Source: the human T2T-CHM13v2.0 reference genome, Homo sapiens. Taken from it: DNA of 64,000 nucleotides. A model generated the notes under the pieces. It worked only from the letters and a program-made list of their open reading frames with translations. It was not told the origin of the DNA and ran no database searches. Shown here in pieces: positions 1-13,690 of the stretch. The position numbers were made by a program, and so were the translations under genes. The DNA is taken from the NCBI RefSeq assembly GCF_009914755.1, contig NC_060932.1, one strand, 5' to 3'. Every line of letters begins with the position of its first letter. Position 1 is the stretch's first letter.

Positions 1-239
1 TGCAGGATTGCTGATATGATGGGGCCAGCTCTGGAGATAGGAAGACAGGTTCAGTGGGTTTAAGTACCTTGTCTATCATTGCACATTTCATAAGCTTCGG
101 GGCTAGAGGTTGAACCTCGATTAGCTCCAGACATCACACATTTATCCACAAGAGCAGGACCCCTGGAGAGTGTTGAAAATGTGCTCACACCTCCTACATC
201 CAGCGCCTTGGGAGACGCCCAGCACCTGACTCTGTGGCT

Positions 240-510
240 TGTGCTGGCACCGTGGGGCCCGTCTTCTTGCTGTCACCACCATGTGAAGAAGCTCAGGTCA
301 GCCTGCTGGATCCTGGAAGGCTTGTGGCCCAGCTCCCCTTCCACTCTGGCCAACAGCCTGCTAATCACATGCATGAGCATGTCCTCGGTCAGCCAGCCCT
401 GGGAGAGCTCACCGGCTGACCTCAAGCCTACAGGCAGACCCTTCAGAGATCAGCCCAGCCTTTCTAGCACAGAAGAGCCTCCTGGTCAGCCCACAGAACA
501 TACAAATACC
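240..510 (+). mobile_element. Old MaLR LTR fragment (MLT1 family)
   Basis: Motifs CACCATGTGAAGAAGC..., CCAGCC...GCTGAC and CAGCCCACAGAA resemble the MLT1F/G/H LTR body; highly diverged, boundaries approximate. Confidence 0.5.
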
Positions 511-649
511 GTACATCGGCCTCTAATCAAGACGAGGAACCAGACTCAAGGTGTCCAGGGGTGGGTTCTGAATAAGATGCCCCTTGGATTTTTCCCTAGT
601 TAACAAACGACATGAGGGGCCTCAAACAAAAGGGACAGAAATTACAGGA

Positions 650-1075
650 CCAGTAAATTTGTGGAAAAAGTCAACATCACTATGTAATAATTGAATGTGA
701 ATGAAAAGTACAGAGACGTTAATATCCCACCAATTTGAAAATGATGAAAAAGAATTATGCCTTGTGTGATTCTGAAGAAGTAGCACGTCTTCTACCTACT
801 GCTGAAATAAATATAAACTCACTCACTGGTGTTTTTGGAAATATACATCAAAGCCTAGGGAAAATGTAGATCATTTGCATAGCTAGGAATTTATGCCAGA
901 AAAGAAAATAACAGAGCACCCAAGGGTATAATCATAAGGGGTTTGTCCCTGTGTTTTTCTAGTAGGCAATTCTCAGAAAGTAAAACAAAGGCCAAACAAT
1001 AAGGGGGCTGCTTAAAGAAAATTTGCCATCTCTACACAACAGAATACTACTCGGTCATTTAAGAATTCTGCTGTA
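650..1075 (+). mobile_element. Ancient L1M fragment (ORF2 3' end / 3' UTR)
   Basis: Diverged L1 3' motifs (GGAAAAAGTCAACATCACT, CTAGGAATTTAT, CAACAGAATACTACTCGGTCATTTAAG). Confidence 0.5.
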
Positions 1076-1090
1076 GAAAGTACTTAATCA

Positions 1091-1396
<306 letters not shown>

Positions 1397-2809
1397 TTAA
1401 TAAAACATAAAGTTACTTGAAATATATTAAGTAAAACATAGGTTAATAAATAAACCTGTTTGTGCCCAAATATCAGCTGTCTATGACGGCCCTGAGTTAC
1501 TTTTCAGAGGGTAGCCTTTTGATTCCATTAAAACATTTCTCATCTGCACATGGCTCTGTCAACCACATTCTTATTCTGAAGCACCACTTGGGGAGGATGC
1601 ATTATTGTGAGGAATGTAATTGTAGATGCTTTTGAAGTTAGATCCCCAAAACACAAAATAATAGGCAGAAACAGTAACATAGATCTGGCAAATATTCTTG
1701 GTTGTATGACTACAAGATAAAAGGTATTTAATGCCACTGTAGAAAGCATTTTAAAGACCTCCTTTAAAGGCAGAATGAGACTGGCTGCATTGCAGAGGTC
1801 ACGAGACCCTGAGTGTAATCAACAGGGGAGGAGAAAAAAAAAAAAAAAGAACAGATCCTAATGTTATGCAAATGGGTCCTCTGGACCTCAGATAAAATTT
1901 CCAGCAACAGCATCTGATGCATTCTAAAGGTGTTATATTTTGAACAATTAAGAGGCAGTGAAGAGATGTATTCTTGAAGACAGTGTTGAGAGACTCAAAA
2001 ACTAGCTGTCAAGGTAAGGACTGCACAAATGTCAGAAATGTGTGTGGAAATTTTGAGTAAAACTGCTTCATGAAGCCTAAGAGTGAAAAAATTTAATATT
2101 TATAAATTAAGTTCATTTTATATAATGTGACTTAAATTATGTGTGTGATTAAATTAAATATTAAATAATACACGTAGACACTGACTATTTCTACTATGTT
2201 CTTAAATGTTTAGATATTCAAATTGTCAGTTATGCTTTTAGATATATCCATCGGGAAGTGGGCAATTACCTTATATTCAAGGTGGCCTTGTTACTGACAC
2301 ACAAAGTGTATGGTATTATATTTACGATTTGTATGCATACAACTTGTAAATATACACATGCTCACAGGAAAAAAACACAGAAGGTAGAAAATGGATATTG
2401 GATTAAATGAAGTCAGGTGGTTATCTCCCTGAAAATGAAAGCATGAGAGCACTTTATTTGCCAGGGCATTCTTTGTGGATTTCTGTGCACTTTAGAGTTT
2501 AATGAAGGGTTGGAGTTCCTTATGTAACTTTTGTAAACTTTTCTACAATATACATTATTTTACAAGATAGAAGAGTCCTTAAATATAATGAATTTATGCA
2601 ACTGCGGAGTAAAGAAAGCTTAATGTTATCCTCAGATTAAAGAAATAGAAGCCTGTCTCAGTGAAGACACAATTGGCAGTGTTAGACTTTGGTGCCTTCA
2701 GCCCAAACGTCGGAGGAAACCAGCTGTACCATGTTTCTTTGGCTAAGGAAGATATCACAACTGACTGTATTAGTCATGGTTCTCCAGAGAAACCAAACCA
2801 TAAGATGCA

Positions 2810-2820
2810 TGTGTGTGTGT

Positions 2821-2852
<32 letters not shown>

Positions 2853-2862
2853 TTGTGTGTGT
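2810..2862. repeat. (TG)n microsatellite
   Basis: Directly visible, ~26 units with two interruptions. Confidence 0.97.
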
Positions 2863-3030
2863 ATTAGTCTGTTTTCATACTGCTATAAATAACCACCTGA
2901 GACTGGGTAATTTATAAAGGAAAGAGGTTTAATTGACTCACAGTTCAGCATGTCTGGGGAGGCCTCAGGAAACTTACAATCATGGTGGAAGGCGAAAGGG
3001 AAGCAAGCTGCCTTCTTCACAAGGCAGCAG
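2860..3030 (-). mobile_element. THE1D/MSTA-type MaLR LTR, partial
   Basis: TGTATTAGTCTGTTTTCATACTGCTATAAA...GAGACTGGGTAATTTATAAAGGAAAGAGGTTTAATTGACTCACAGTTC...GGCCTCAGGAAACTTACAATCATGG; stops abruptly at ~3030. Confidence 0.88.
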
Positions 3031-3131
3031 TTGGCCCTCTTTCTATCAAGGGCTTCAGCTGACTGGATGAGACCCATCCAGATTTTAGAGGGCAATTAGC
3101 TTTACTCAAAGTCCGCCAACTTAACTGTTCA

Positions 3132-3135
<4 letters not shown>

Positions 3136-3227
<92 letters not shown>

Positions 3228-3325
3228 ATATATATGTATATATGTATATACATATACGTATGTGTATATATGTGTGTGTATGTGTATATATATGTGTATA
3301 TGTGTATATATATATATTTATATAC
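3136..3325. repeat. Compound (TA)n(TG)n microsatellite
   Basis: ~24 TA units, ~19 TG units, then a mixed TA/TG tract. Confidence 0.98.
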
Positions 3326-3554
3326 AAAATTCCTCTGCGTCATTTCAAATAGGTAACAGAAGATATCTAAAACCATGTATCAATCAAAAGGTTGGGGTTA
3401 CTTTATAACATGAAAATTATTAAATAGAATTATTGCAAGTTGAAAAGTAATGTAAAAAGTTGCAGCTTCAAAAATGTTCCTATTTCTGTGAACTTTGCTC
3501 CAACTAAATGTTGCTGTTACTTTGCATTGATATTTGACCTACGTTTTCCTGTAG

Positions 3555-3647
3555 ACACTGAGGAAACAGAGCAGGCAAAGGACGTATTAAAGACTATATC
3601 TAAATTCAGCTCAGGCTCACATCTCCTCCTGGGCTAAGCAAAAGGAG
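3555..3647 (+). other. Candidate non-coding exon
   Basis: TTTGAC...GTTTTCCTGTAG acceptor and GAG|GTGAGT consensus donor; 93 nt with stops in all three frames; no transcript evidence. Confidence 0.3.
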
Positions 3648-4929
3648 GTGAGTGACTTTCCAGAATTTAAGTACCTTCTATTACGCCTTGGACATGTGAG
3701 ATCAAAGGACTTATCCCTGTCTCCACCCTGTATTTGGCGGCACTGGTACTCCTTCCCCTCCTTGCCATTGCTCAGCTTTGGGTGTTAGTGCTACGTGCCT
3801 GACATGTGCTCATGGACCTGAAGACAGGTTTGATCTGGGCAGCTGAGGACCTCTGCATCTTACAGAATGACCCAAACGTCCTTGTCTCCTTAATCAATTT
3901 GTCCTTGTAGATATACATACATGTATACATACATATATATACATTATATATATTATATGTATATATAAGCCAATATTCTTCTCAAATGAATCTCTCACTG
4001 CTTTTTGCTTTTGCTTTCTACCAGTTCTCTGTGTGGTACAAGCTAAGATTTGACTCTGTTCCTCTGGCGTCAACCACTGCTGGGGAAGGCAAAACAGAGT
4101 GAGAACCTGATTGATTTGGCCCTAGTCACTCAATTAAGAAGTTTTAATATTGAACTCCTTGCACAGATGAGGAAAACAAAAGGGTAGAACAAAGAATCCT
4201 GATTAAATTTGTTCTGTGGCAGAATCTAGAGTCCTGCCAGTCTGCGAAATCCTTCTCCCAACATTCATTTGCTAAATAGAATCTAGCAAGCCTGGTGAAG
4301 GGCTTCTTGCTGCCCAAGAAAAGAAACAAAGTGGCTCATTCACTTATCATTAGAATGATAGGGAGTCTTTCCTATTGGTAAACAGTGAATGTGAGTTGGC
4401 AGATGGGGGGATTAGCAGAATAGAGTTTGTTTGGATTGATTTACAGTGGCAAAGACATAAACAGATGTAAGCAGTTTAGCAGAGAACTGCAAATCCTGGG
4501 GCAGCCATAATAAAGCATCAGTATACTTAGTTGTAATTATGGTTGCTTAAAATAAATTTAGATATGGAAGTATGACTTGGATTGCTAGAATAATTTCCAG
4601 AATTCTAAAAAAAAAAAAAAAGCCCACTCCAGGAATATGAAAGTTCCCCATAAAGCCCTTACTTAGAAGAATAAATCCATTTATGATGTATTTGATAATA
4701 ACAAAGAATATCGCTATTGCCAAAGAAAATATTAGACCCAAGATATATTAGCCAGAAGAAAATATGATCATTTTTACTGAGCTCAGTGTAATAAATTTTG
4801 AGCTCTACAAGGTGGGTGTCATATCCTATTCTGTGAAGTGCTTGACACAGGATAGGTATTCAAGAACCCTTCCGTAACTGTGTGTGTCACCAAAGGCTGA
4901 GGTTTACCAGCACGTTAACGTATTTTGAC

Positions 4930-5387
4930 GTGTGTTGGTGAAGATAATGGCTGTAACAGATCAACCTTGGAAGCTCAGTGACTCTAAGGATTGGAAGTTT
5001 ATTTCTCCCACCCGTAAAATTAAATTAGCATCACCAGGATTGGGGAAGTGGGGAAGGGTCTATTCCAGGCAGTAATTCAGGGGTCTAAGCTGTTGGAGGT
5101 GTGCAATTTGCCACCATGGCTACAAAAATCCCTCTGGGAATAAATGCCTATTATAGAGACAGGGGAAGAGAAGGGCTTTAGGAGTGTGAGATTTTTGTTT
5201 ATTTTTTGTTTTATTTTGTTGTTAATGTGCCCCACTGGGAATGGCATGGGTCACTTCCTCCCTCATTCTACAGTCAAGAACTGCACCGCATGGAGACACC
5301 CCGCAGAAAGGAAGGCTGGGAATGCAGTTGGACTGTGTCTGCCCAGGACAAGCCACAGTTTGCTGAGCAACCAGCCAGTCTCTGTCA
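4930..5387 (-). mobile_element. Old MaLR LTR (MLT1J/K/L-like)
   Basis: GCTGTAACAGA...CTCAGTG...AAGTTTATTTCTC and CACTTCCTCCCTCATTCTA...GGAAGGCTGGGAATGCAGT...CAGTCTCTGTCA motifs. Confidence 0.6.
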
Positions 5388-6219
5388 AGGACGGAGTGCT
5401 CCAGCGTAGGAGTCTGAACATCGAGAACTCATCATGCAGGCTTCCCACGCAACGCAGTCCTTCATTCCTGAGATCTGTCCCAGTTGCGTTATCCCACAAA
5501 TAACTTGTAATCGAATGGAAATAAAGACATGAATACATGTGGTCCAAGGAGGCCACAGGTGAAAGGGAAGTAATATAAAGTTCATATAAAGGTGTTTACC
5601 TGCATTCAAATGCAAGGGAAAATCTTAATTATGAAAATTATCCCAAGGCTGCATTTTGTACAAGAGGAACATGTGCTGTCTGTTGGGTTGGGTCTTCCTT
5701 CCTAACATAAAACAACAAACTCTTGAATGTCTGTGATGGTAGATGCTGCTCCTGAAAGCGGAAGGAGAGGAGTGAGGAGGATGTTACCTGCAGTAACTGG
5801 GACAGAAGACAAGAATTCACAGTGAACAGCTGGAAACTGCTGGCAATGTTCACTGCTATTTCACTAGCATGCTCTCCTGCAAACTGCTAGTTATATTTTC
5901 AACCAATACAACACTGTCTTTCATCTCAGTATCGAAGTGGTTGAAAAATCTGCATGTACCTGGAACCACTGTTTTCATATCCTTGAAATTCTGAGTAGTT
6001 TTCTGCTAGACAGCAACTGTATTTTCCCATCCAGTTCATGAATCCTACATGTTCTCTCTGAATATGTTGAAAGAGAGTGTTTAAAAAATATATTAAATGT
6101 TGAGTATTGGGGCAGAATAATCTCTACCTACATTACTATAATCCACTGAACAATATCTTAACTATACAGAAAGGACTGTCAGCTATGAAAATGTGTCATT
6201 TCAATATCTTTAAACATTT

Positions 6220-6560
6220 CAGAAGTTTTTGGTTGAACGTCACAAGAAACTTAACTCATGCAAGCTTGAGGGAAAGAAGAGTATATTTTAGGGCAACAAA
6301 GTTGTATTAAAGTGCTGAAGGGAGGCGAGGAAGCTGGAGCCCTCAGGTTTCCCAGGAAGTTCAACCTGCCCGCCTTTCACCCCTGCACACGGGTGTTGTT
6401 TATCTCTTTCACTGACTGGCTCTTTTCTGATTTCCTTTACACACGGTGGAAAACAATTGGTGTCGGAAACACCTCATGCATTCTGTGACCTAACCAGGGT
6501 AAACACTGTCTCCCTAGCTACCCACTCCATGACTAATCACCTGCAGCCAAGGGTGGGTCA
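6220..6560 (-). mobile_element. Old MaLR LTR fragment (MLT1K-like) running into the VNTR
   Basis: GGTTG...CACAAGAAACTTAACTCATGCAAGCTTGAG terminus-like motif and ACTAATCACCTGCAGCCAAGGG, resembling MLT1 'ACCAATCACTGTGGCCAGGG'. Confidence 0.45.
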
Positions 6561-7183
6561 TACTATGGGAACAGCAGACCAAAGGCATCCACTGCCAGAC
6601 CGTGAGTTATCAACTGCAGCCAAGGCTGGGTCATACTACGGGAACAGCGGACCGAAGGCATCCACTGCCAGACCGTGAGTTATCAACTGCAGCCAAGGCT
6701 GGGTCATACTACAGGAACAGCGGACTGAAGGCATCCACTGCCAGACCGTGAGTTATCAACTGCAGCCAAGGCTGGGTCATACTACGGGAAGAGCGGACCG
6801 AAGGCATCCACTGCCAGACCGTGAGTTATCAACTGCAGCCAAGGCTGGGTCATACTACGGGAACAGCGGACTGAAGGCATCCACTGCCAGACCATAAGTT
6901 ATCAACTGTAGCCAAGGGTGGGTCATACTATGGGAACAGCGGACTGAAGGCATCCACTGCCAGACCGTGAGTTATCAACTGCAGCCAAGGCTGGGTCATA
7001 CTACGGGAACAGCGGACTGAAGGCATCCACTGCCAGACCATGAATTATCAACTGAAGCCAACGGTGGGTCATACTATGGGAACAGCGGATTGAAGGCATC
7101 CACTGCCAGACCGTGAGTGCAGCCAGGGGTGGGTCATACTATGGGAACAGCAGACCAAAGCCATCCACTGCCAGACCGTGAGT
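6531..7183. repeat. 73-bp minisatellite (VNTR), 9 units
   Basis: Units start at 6531, 6604, 6677, 6750, 6823, 6896, 6969, 7042 and 7115 (last one shortened); consensus GAGTTATCAACTGCAGCCAAGGCTGGGTCATACTACGGGAACAGCGGACYGAAGGCATCCACTGCCAGACCGT. Confidence 0.99.
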
Positions 7184-8101
7184 GGCAGAAAAGCTGTTCC
7201 TCAGTTCACTTCAATTCTAAAACTCGAACAAACTAAGTAAAATAAAAGGAAAAGGAAAAGGATGGAGGGTTTTACTCTGGTAATAGTTAAATGGGATAAA
7301 TTGTCCTTTCCTCAACATACCATAGGACTCTCATTTCTAGGACCTGGGCTAGCTTTAGGTTTTATCTCCTAGGAAATCAGAGTTTATTTTATGTTCCTGG
7401 GAGGGGAGGGCAGAGGGAGTTGGTCAGGGTACTAGAGTCCTAGCTGGGATCCAATCTCCAATGCATGGATAATTACCACTCTAATACACCTGTTTGTCAC
7501 TGTCAGTTATTTGGAGTGATTCTGCACAAGCCTGGTTGCTCGTGGTTAGAGATCTACCCATGCTCCAGGTTCTGACTTTGTTAATTATGGCAGAGGATTC
7601 ATTTGTGGTAATCAATTTCCATCTGCTGTTTATGATTCATTCCGAGAAAAATTATAACAAGTCACATTTACAGAGGGCTAATTGTTTACTGAACCCCTTC
7701 CCATATTTTCCATCCTATTGTTTACACAATATATTCCATAATATTTTCCCTCGCTAATTTAATCAAATCTATGTATATGCCACTATGTATAAAACAATAT
7801 GGTAATGTACCACTCAATATGTCAGCATGAAGAGTACAGTTTCTGCCACCAAAAAGTTTAGAGCTTTTTTATAGGGTAGACTGTGAAATTAAAATTGTGT
7901 ATTTCTAGATTTAAAGATAAAAGAGAGCAAAGTAATTCTTATTTAAAAAAAAAAAGGCCTATCAAGAAGGAGATAGCCTGTTGAAATGGAGAGGTTTTGT
8001 GGAACATGCTACAAGGAAATATATGTTGAGCTTGACCATATAAATATATTTTCAGTGTTAACTGCTCATGGACTAAGTCGTCTTAGTAAAATAATTGGTT
8101 A

Positions 8102-8483
<382 letters not shown>

Positions 8484-8548
8484 TCAGTATGATGATCTTT
8501 GTTCTTCAGGCTATGAAAAGTCCTTGAAATTTTGTGAGCATCGAAGTG

Positions 8549-8985
8549 CTGTGTTAGTGTTTGCTGCTCATAAAACATCTTCAAAATATCAATGACTTAC
8601 AACAACATGTGTGTGTTATCTTACTTGGGTCTTCAACTCAGACATTACTACTCGGAGCAGGAGGCTTGCTCCAGAAGGTCATGTAGATTTATGAACGTGC
8701 ATAGGGTTCCTCAGTCTCCTCGGACCTTAACAAAGTGCTCAAAGGGAAACAAGAGAGATGAGCAAAATATATAATAACTCTTCAGACCTTGCCTGCAAAC
8801 TGGCATGCATAACTTCTGTCCACTTCCATTGTGCAAAGCAAGTTATGTGGCAAAGCCCAACATAAATGGGGTGGAAAATTATGCTCTACTTGGGTGAAAG
8901 ATAACACAACGTCATCACACAGAAAAGGACCTAGATGCAGGGAGAGTGTGAAGAACTGGGAACAATGACCCAATCTGTCACAAGT
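8549..8985 (-). mobile_element. Old MaLR LTR (MLT1 family)
   Basis: TGTGTTAGT...AATGACTTACAACAAC and AACTGGCA...ACTTCTGTCCACTTCCATTG...AAAGCAAGTTATGTGGCAAAGCCCA motifs. Confidence 0.6.
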
Positions 8986-9309
8986 GTCATAAACAGAGTG
9001 TTGCCTTGGAAATGTTTCTTTGGCAACATGTCTGATCCACAAGATAAGCTAGAGTAACACTGGGGGTTTGGAAGCGAGTGGCCGTATTGTACATCAGAGT
9101 TATATTTCTGGAAAAATTTTATCCATTTGTTGCAAAGTTAGAATCTTCAGGTTTTCTAAAAATCCATTAGTCATTGTCAGTCATACGCTTGTCAAGAACC
9201 ATGAAGTGTCTGAGGTTATACCCTGTTAAAAGTTTTCAGGCCAGGTTCACCCACCTTGTTTCAACTGGCAAGATTTCCTTCTTTTTCAAGTCTGCATAAT
9301 ATTCCACAG

Positions 9310-9473
9310 TATATATTATATATATATATATATAGTATATAAATTATATATACTGAATATATAATCTGCATGTACCTGGAACCATTTTAATATATACAGT
9401 ATATATAATATGTGTATATAATATGTACAATATATAATACATATACAGTGGAATATTATGCAGCCTTGAAAAA

Positions 9474-9515
<42 letters not shown>

Positions 9516-9555
9516 GGTATGTTCTACATATATATATATATATATATATATATAG
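9310..9555. repeat. (TA)n-rich low-complexity tract
   Basis: Several TA runs directly visible. Confidence 0.95.
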
Positions 9556-9574
9556 ATTGAGAAAGAGAGAGAGC

Positions 9575-9781
9575 CCGTTTTTCTCCTCAACAACAAGGAT
9601 CATTGGGAAATGCATTGTTAGGTAATTTCATGGTTGTGCAAACATCATAGAGCATGCTTAGGTAAACCTGGTTGGTGTAGCCCACTACACATCTGGGCTA
9701 CATGGTATAGCCTATTGCTCAGATCACTGTCATACATGTGGCGCATCACTGACCAAAACATTGTTAAGCAGCACGTGACTG
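9575..9781. mobile_element. Tigger3-type (TcMar-Tigger) non-autonomous DNA transposon
   Basis: GAAATGCATTGTTAGGTAATTTCAT...GCAAACATCATAGAG...TGGTATAGCCTATTGCTC and terminus TGACCAAAACATTGTTAAGCAGCACGTGACTG|TA. Confidence 0.8.
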
Positions 9782-11562
9782 TACATACTATGTTTTTAAA
9801 TCCATTCATTCATCAGCAAACACTTAGTTGTTTCCACATCTTTGCTATTGTGAATAATATTGCAATAAACATGAGAGTGCAGACATTTCTTTGAGGTGGT
9901 GATTTTATTTCTTTTTAATGTATACTCAGCAGTGGGATTGCTGGATAATATGGTAGATCTATTTTTAATTCTGGGGGGAATCTCCATACTGTTTTCCATG
10001 ATGACTGCGCTAATTTACACTCCCACCATGGAAGAGCCTGGAGGACATCACACCAAGTGAAATAAGCCAGGGAAAGACAAATACTGCATGATCCCACTTA
10101 CATATGGAATCTATAAAAGCTAAACTCAGGAACTGAATAGAAGAGCAGTTGACAGAGCCTGGATGTTAGAGGCAATGGAGAGCATTGATCAAAATATACA
10201 AACTTTCAGTTATAAGATGAATGAGTTATGGGGAATCCAATGTACGGCATGGTAGTTAAAGTTAATACCATTGTACTGCATACTTGAAGTTTACTAAGAG
10301 TGTAGCACTTAAATGTGCTTACAACAACAACAACAAAGTTTACTATGTGAGGTGATGAATATGTTAATTAGCTAACGTGGTAGTCATTTTACAATGTGTA
10401 CATGTATCAAAACATCATATTGTACATCTTGAATATATACAAGTTTTATTTATCAATTAGACCTCAATAAAGCTGGGAAACAAAGTTACCAGGTTATAGT
10501 TACATGGATGATGGCAGAAGACACAGAATCCTAGAACAGAGGCAAAGAACTTTATGAGCTATGGCACAGCATAAAGGTCAGTTTCAGTGTAATGTGTATA
10601 TAAGTACACTGTATATATTAAAGCTATGATAAAATATGCATATATATTTAAAATTGTGACAGCTTCCCGGTAGGTCTTTGTCATAAAATACCCCTCTTAA
10701 ACTTTAGAAATTATTGTTTTAGAAATCTTTTGTCATAAAATACCCCTCTTAATCTTTAGAAATGCTTCTTGCATTGCGTTTGCTATTAATAGAATATCCG
10801 CACTTTGTTTTGTTTAGAGGTTGCATGGTCTTTTTTTTATACTTTTATTTTCAACTTGCTGGGTTCTTATAATTAAGGCATATCACTTTAATAATACATA
10901 ACTGACTTTTGCATTTTTTCAATCTAGCAATCTTTGTCTTTTAATTGTACAGTTTAATCCATTTACATTAAGTGAAACTATTTTTATATTTGGTTTTTAC
11001 TTGCAGTATTATTTTATTTGATCTGTTTGTCTCAACTGTTTTAATTTTTCATCCTTTCTGCTTTCGTATTAATAGTTAATTTGTTTTCTTTTTTTCCACA
11101 TTCATTTTATGAGCTTGTTAGTAACATATATGCATACAATATTATGGGCATGTGTTTAAATTCTAAAATTAAATTGCTGATGTCACTTTGTGTATTCAAT
11201 ATCCATTTACAGTTTCTTCTGTATTTACTATGCTGTTCTTCATTCCCTCCTACATAGCTGGGGCTCTGCCTGAGAGCCTGAGGTTTTTCCAAAGCTCTTC
11301 CTCCTTCCTGGTTCCTGAACTCAAGCATGAAGGCCCCTCAGCTTCTTGAGAACACCAACTCTGCTCTGTTAGTCAACAACATTAATTCTTAGTCACCAGC
11401 TCAGTGGAGCTTAAATATTAAGCATTTGCCTTAAAGGCAAGACTGCTGAGCATGTGGCTCACAGCTACTGGTTGGCCCTCCAAGTCCTGCCTACCTCGGC
11501 AGTTCCAAGTTCTAGCTTTATGTCTGCAGCCCCAGATGTTCCCTAAAGCTCAGGTGATGTAT

Positions 11563-13413
<1,851 letters not shown>

Positions 13414-13656
13414 ATGTATGTACTTTTTAGAAACGTATTGACTCAGAGCTGTGAATTTACAAGAGGCCGTATGTGAAAAGCAGGTTTATAATACAGACTC
13501 ACCTTATGTAGTTCTCTTTTCTTTACAATTTTGGCCCTCAAGATCTGGTTGCTCTAAAAGCTCTCATTGCCTTTAACCAGGTGTTCCATTCTTGTAAACT
13601 ATGTGGCTATTCTAGTTCTAATCAGACATGTTGTTTGCCACAAGCCAGAACTCTTT

Positions 13657-13690
13657 GTGCGTGTGTGTGTGTGTGTGTGTGTGCGCACGC
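13657..13690. repeat. (TG)n microsatellite
   Basis: Directly visible. Confidence 0.95.

Larger units (their letters stand above)
2766..3137 (-). mobile_element. MLT2 (ERVL) LTR remnant, interrupted
   Basis: TGTATTAGTCATGGTTCTCCAGAGAAAC terminus followed by a (TG)n tract; resumes at ~3031 with CTTCAGCTGACTGGATGAGACCCA...GAGGGCAAT...CTTTACTCAAAGTCC. Confidence 0.8.
9241..10480 (+). mobile_element. Old L1 (L1MA9/L1MB-like) 3' end with 5' inversion
   Basis: 9241-10028 antisense L1 3' sequence; 10029-10480 sense 3' UTR ending CTCAATAAAGCTGG; degenerate TSD AAAGTTTTCAGG (9229-9240) / AAAGTTACCAGG (10482-10493). Confidence 0.85.
9190..10575. mobile_element. ERV-type LTR fragment split by an L1 insertion (pieces ~9190-9240 and ~10482-10575)
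   Basis: TGTCAAGAAC...CTGAG...TACCCT continues after the L1 as CATGGATGATGGCAGAAGACAC...CAGAGGCAAAGAACTTTA; family not identified with certainty. Confidence 0.45.

Noticed and set aside
181-603. 140-aa ORF at window start
   Set aside because: GTG start, overlaps an MLT1-like LTR relic, no known motif
2661-3408. ORFs with CVCV / YIYI / THTH runs
   Set aside because: Translations of dinucleotide microsatellites
6531-7183. Regularly spaced repeats resembling a CRISPR array or a repeat-protein gene
   Set aside because: Units are contiguous with no unique spacers, there are no cas genes and the context is primate; 73 bp is not a multiple of 3 and frames close quickly
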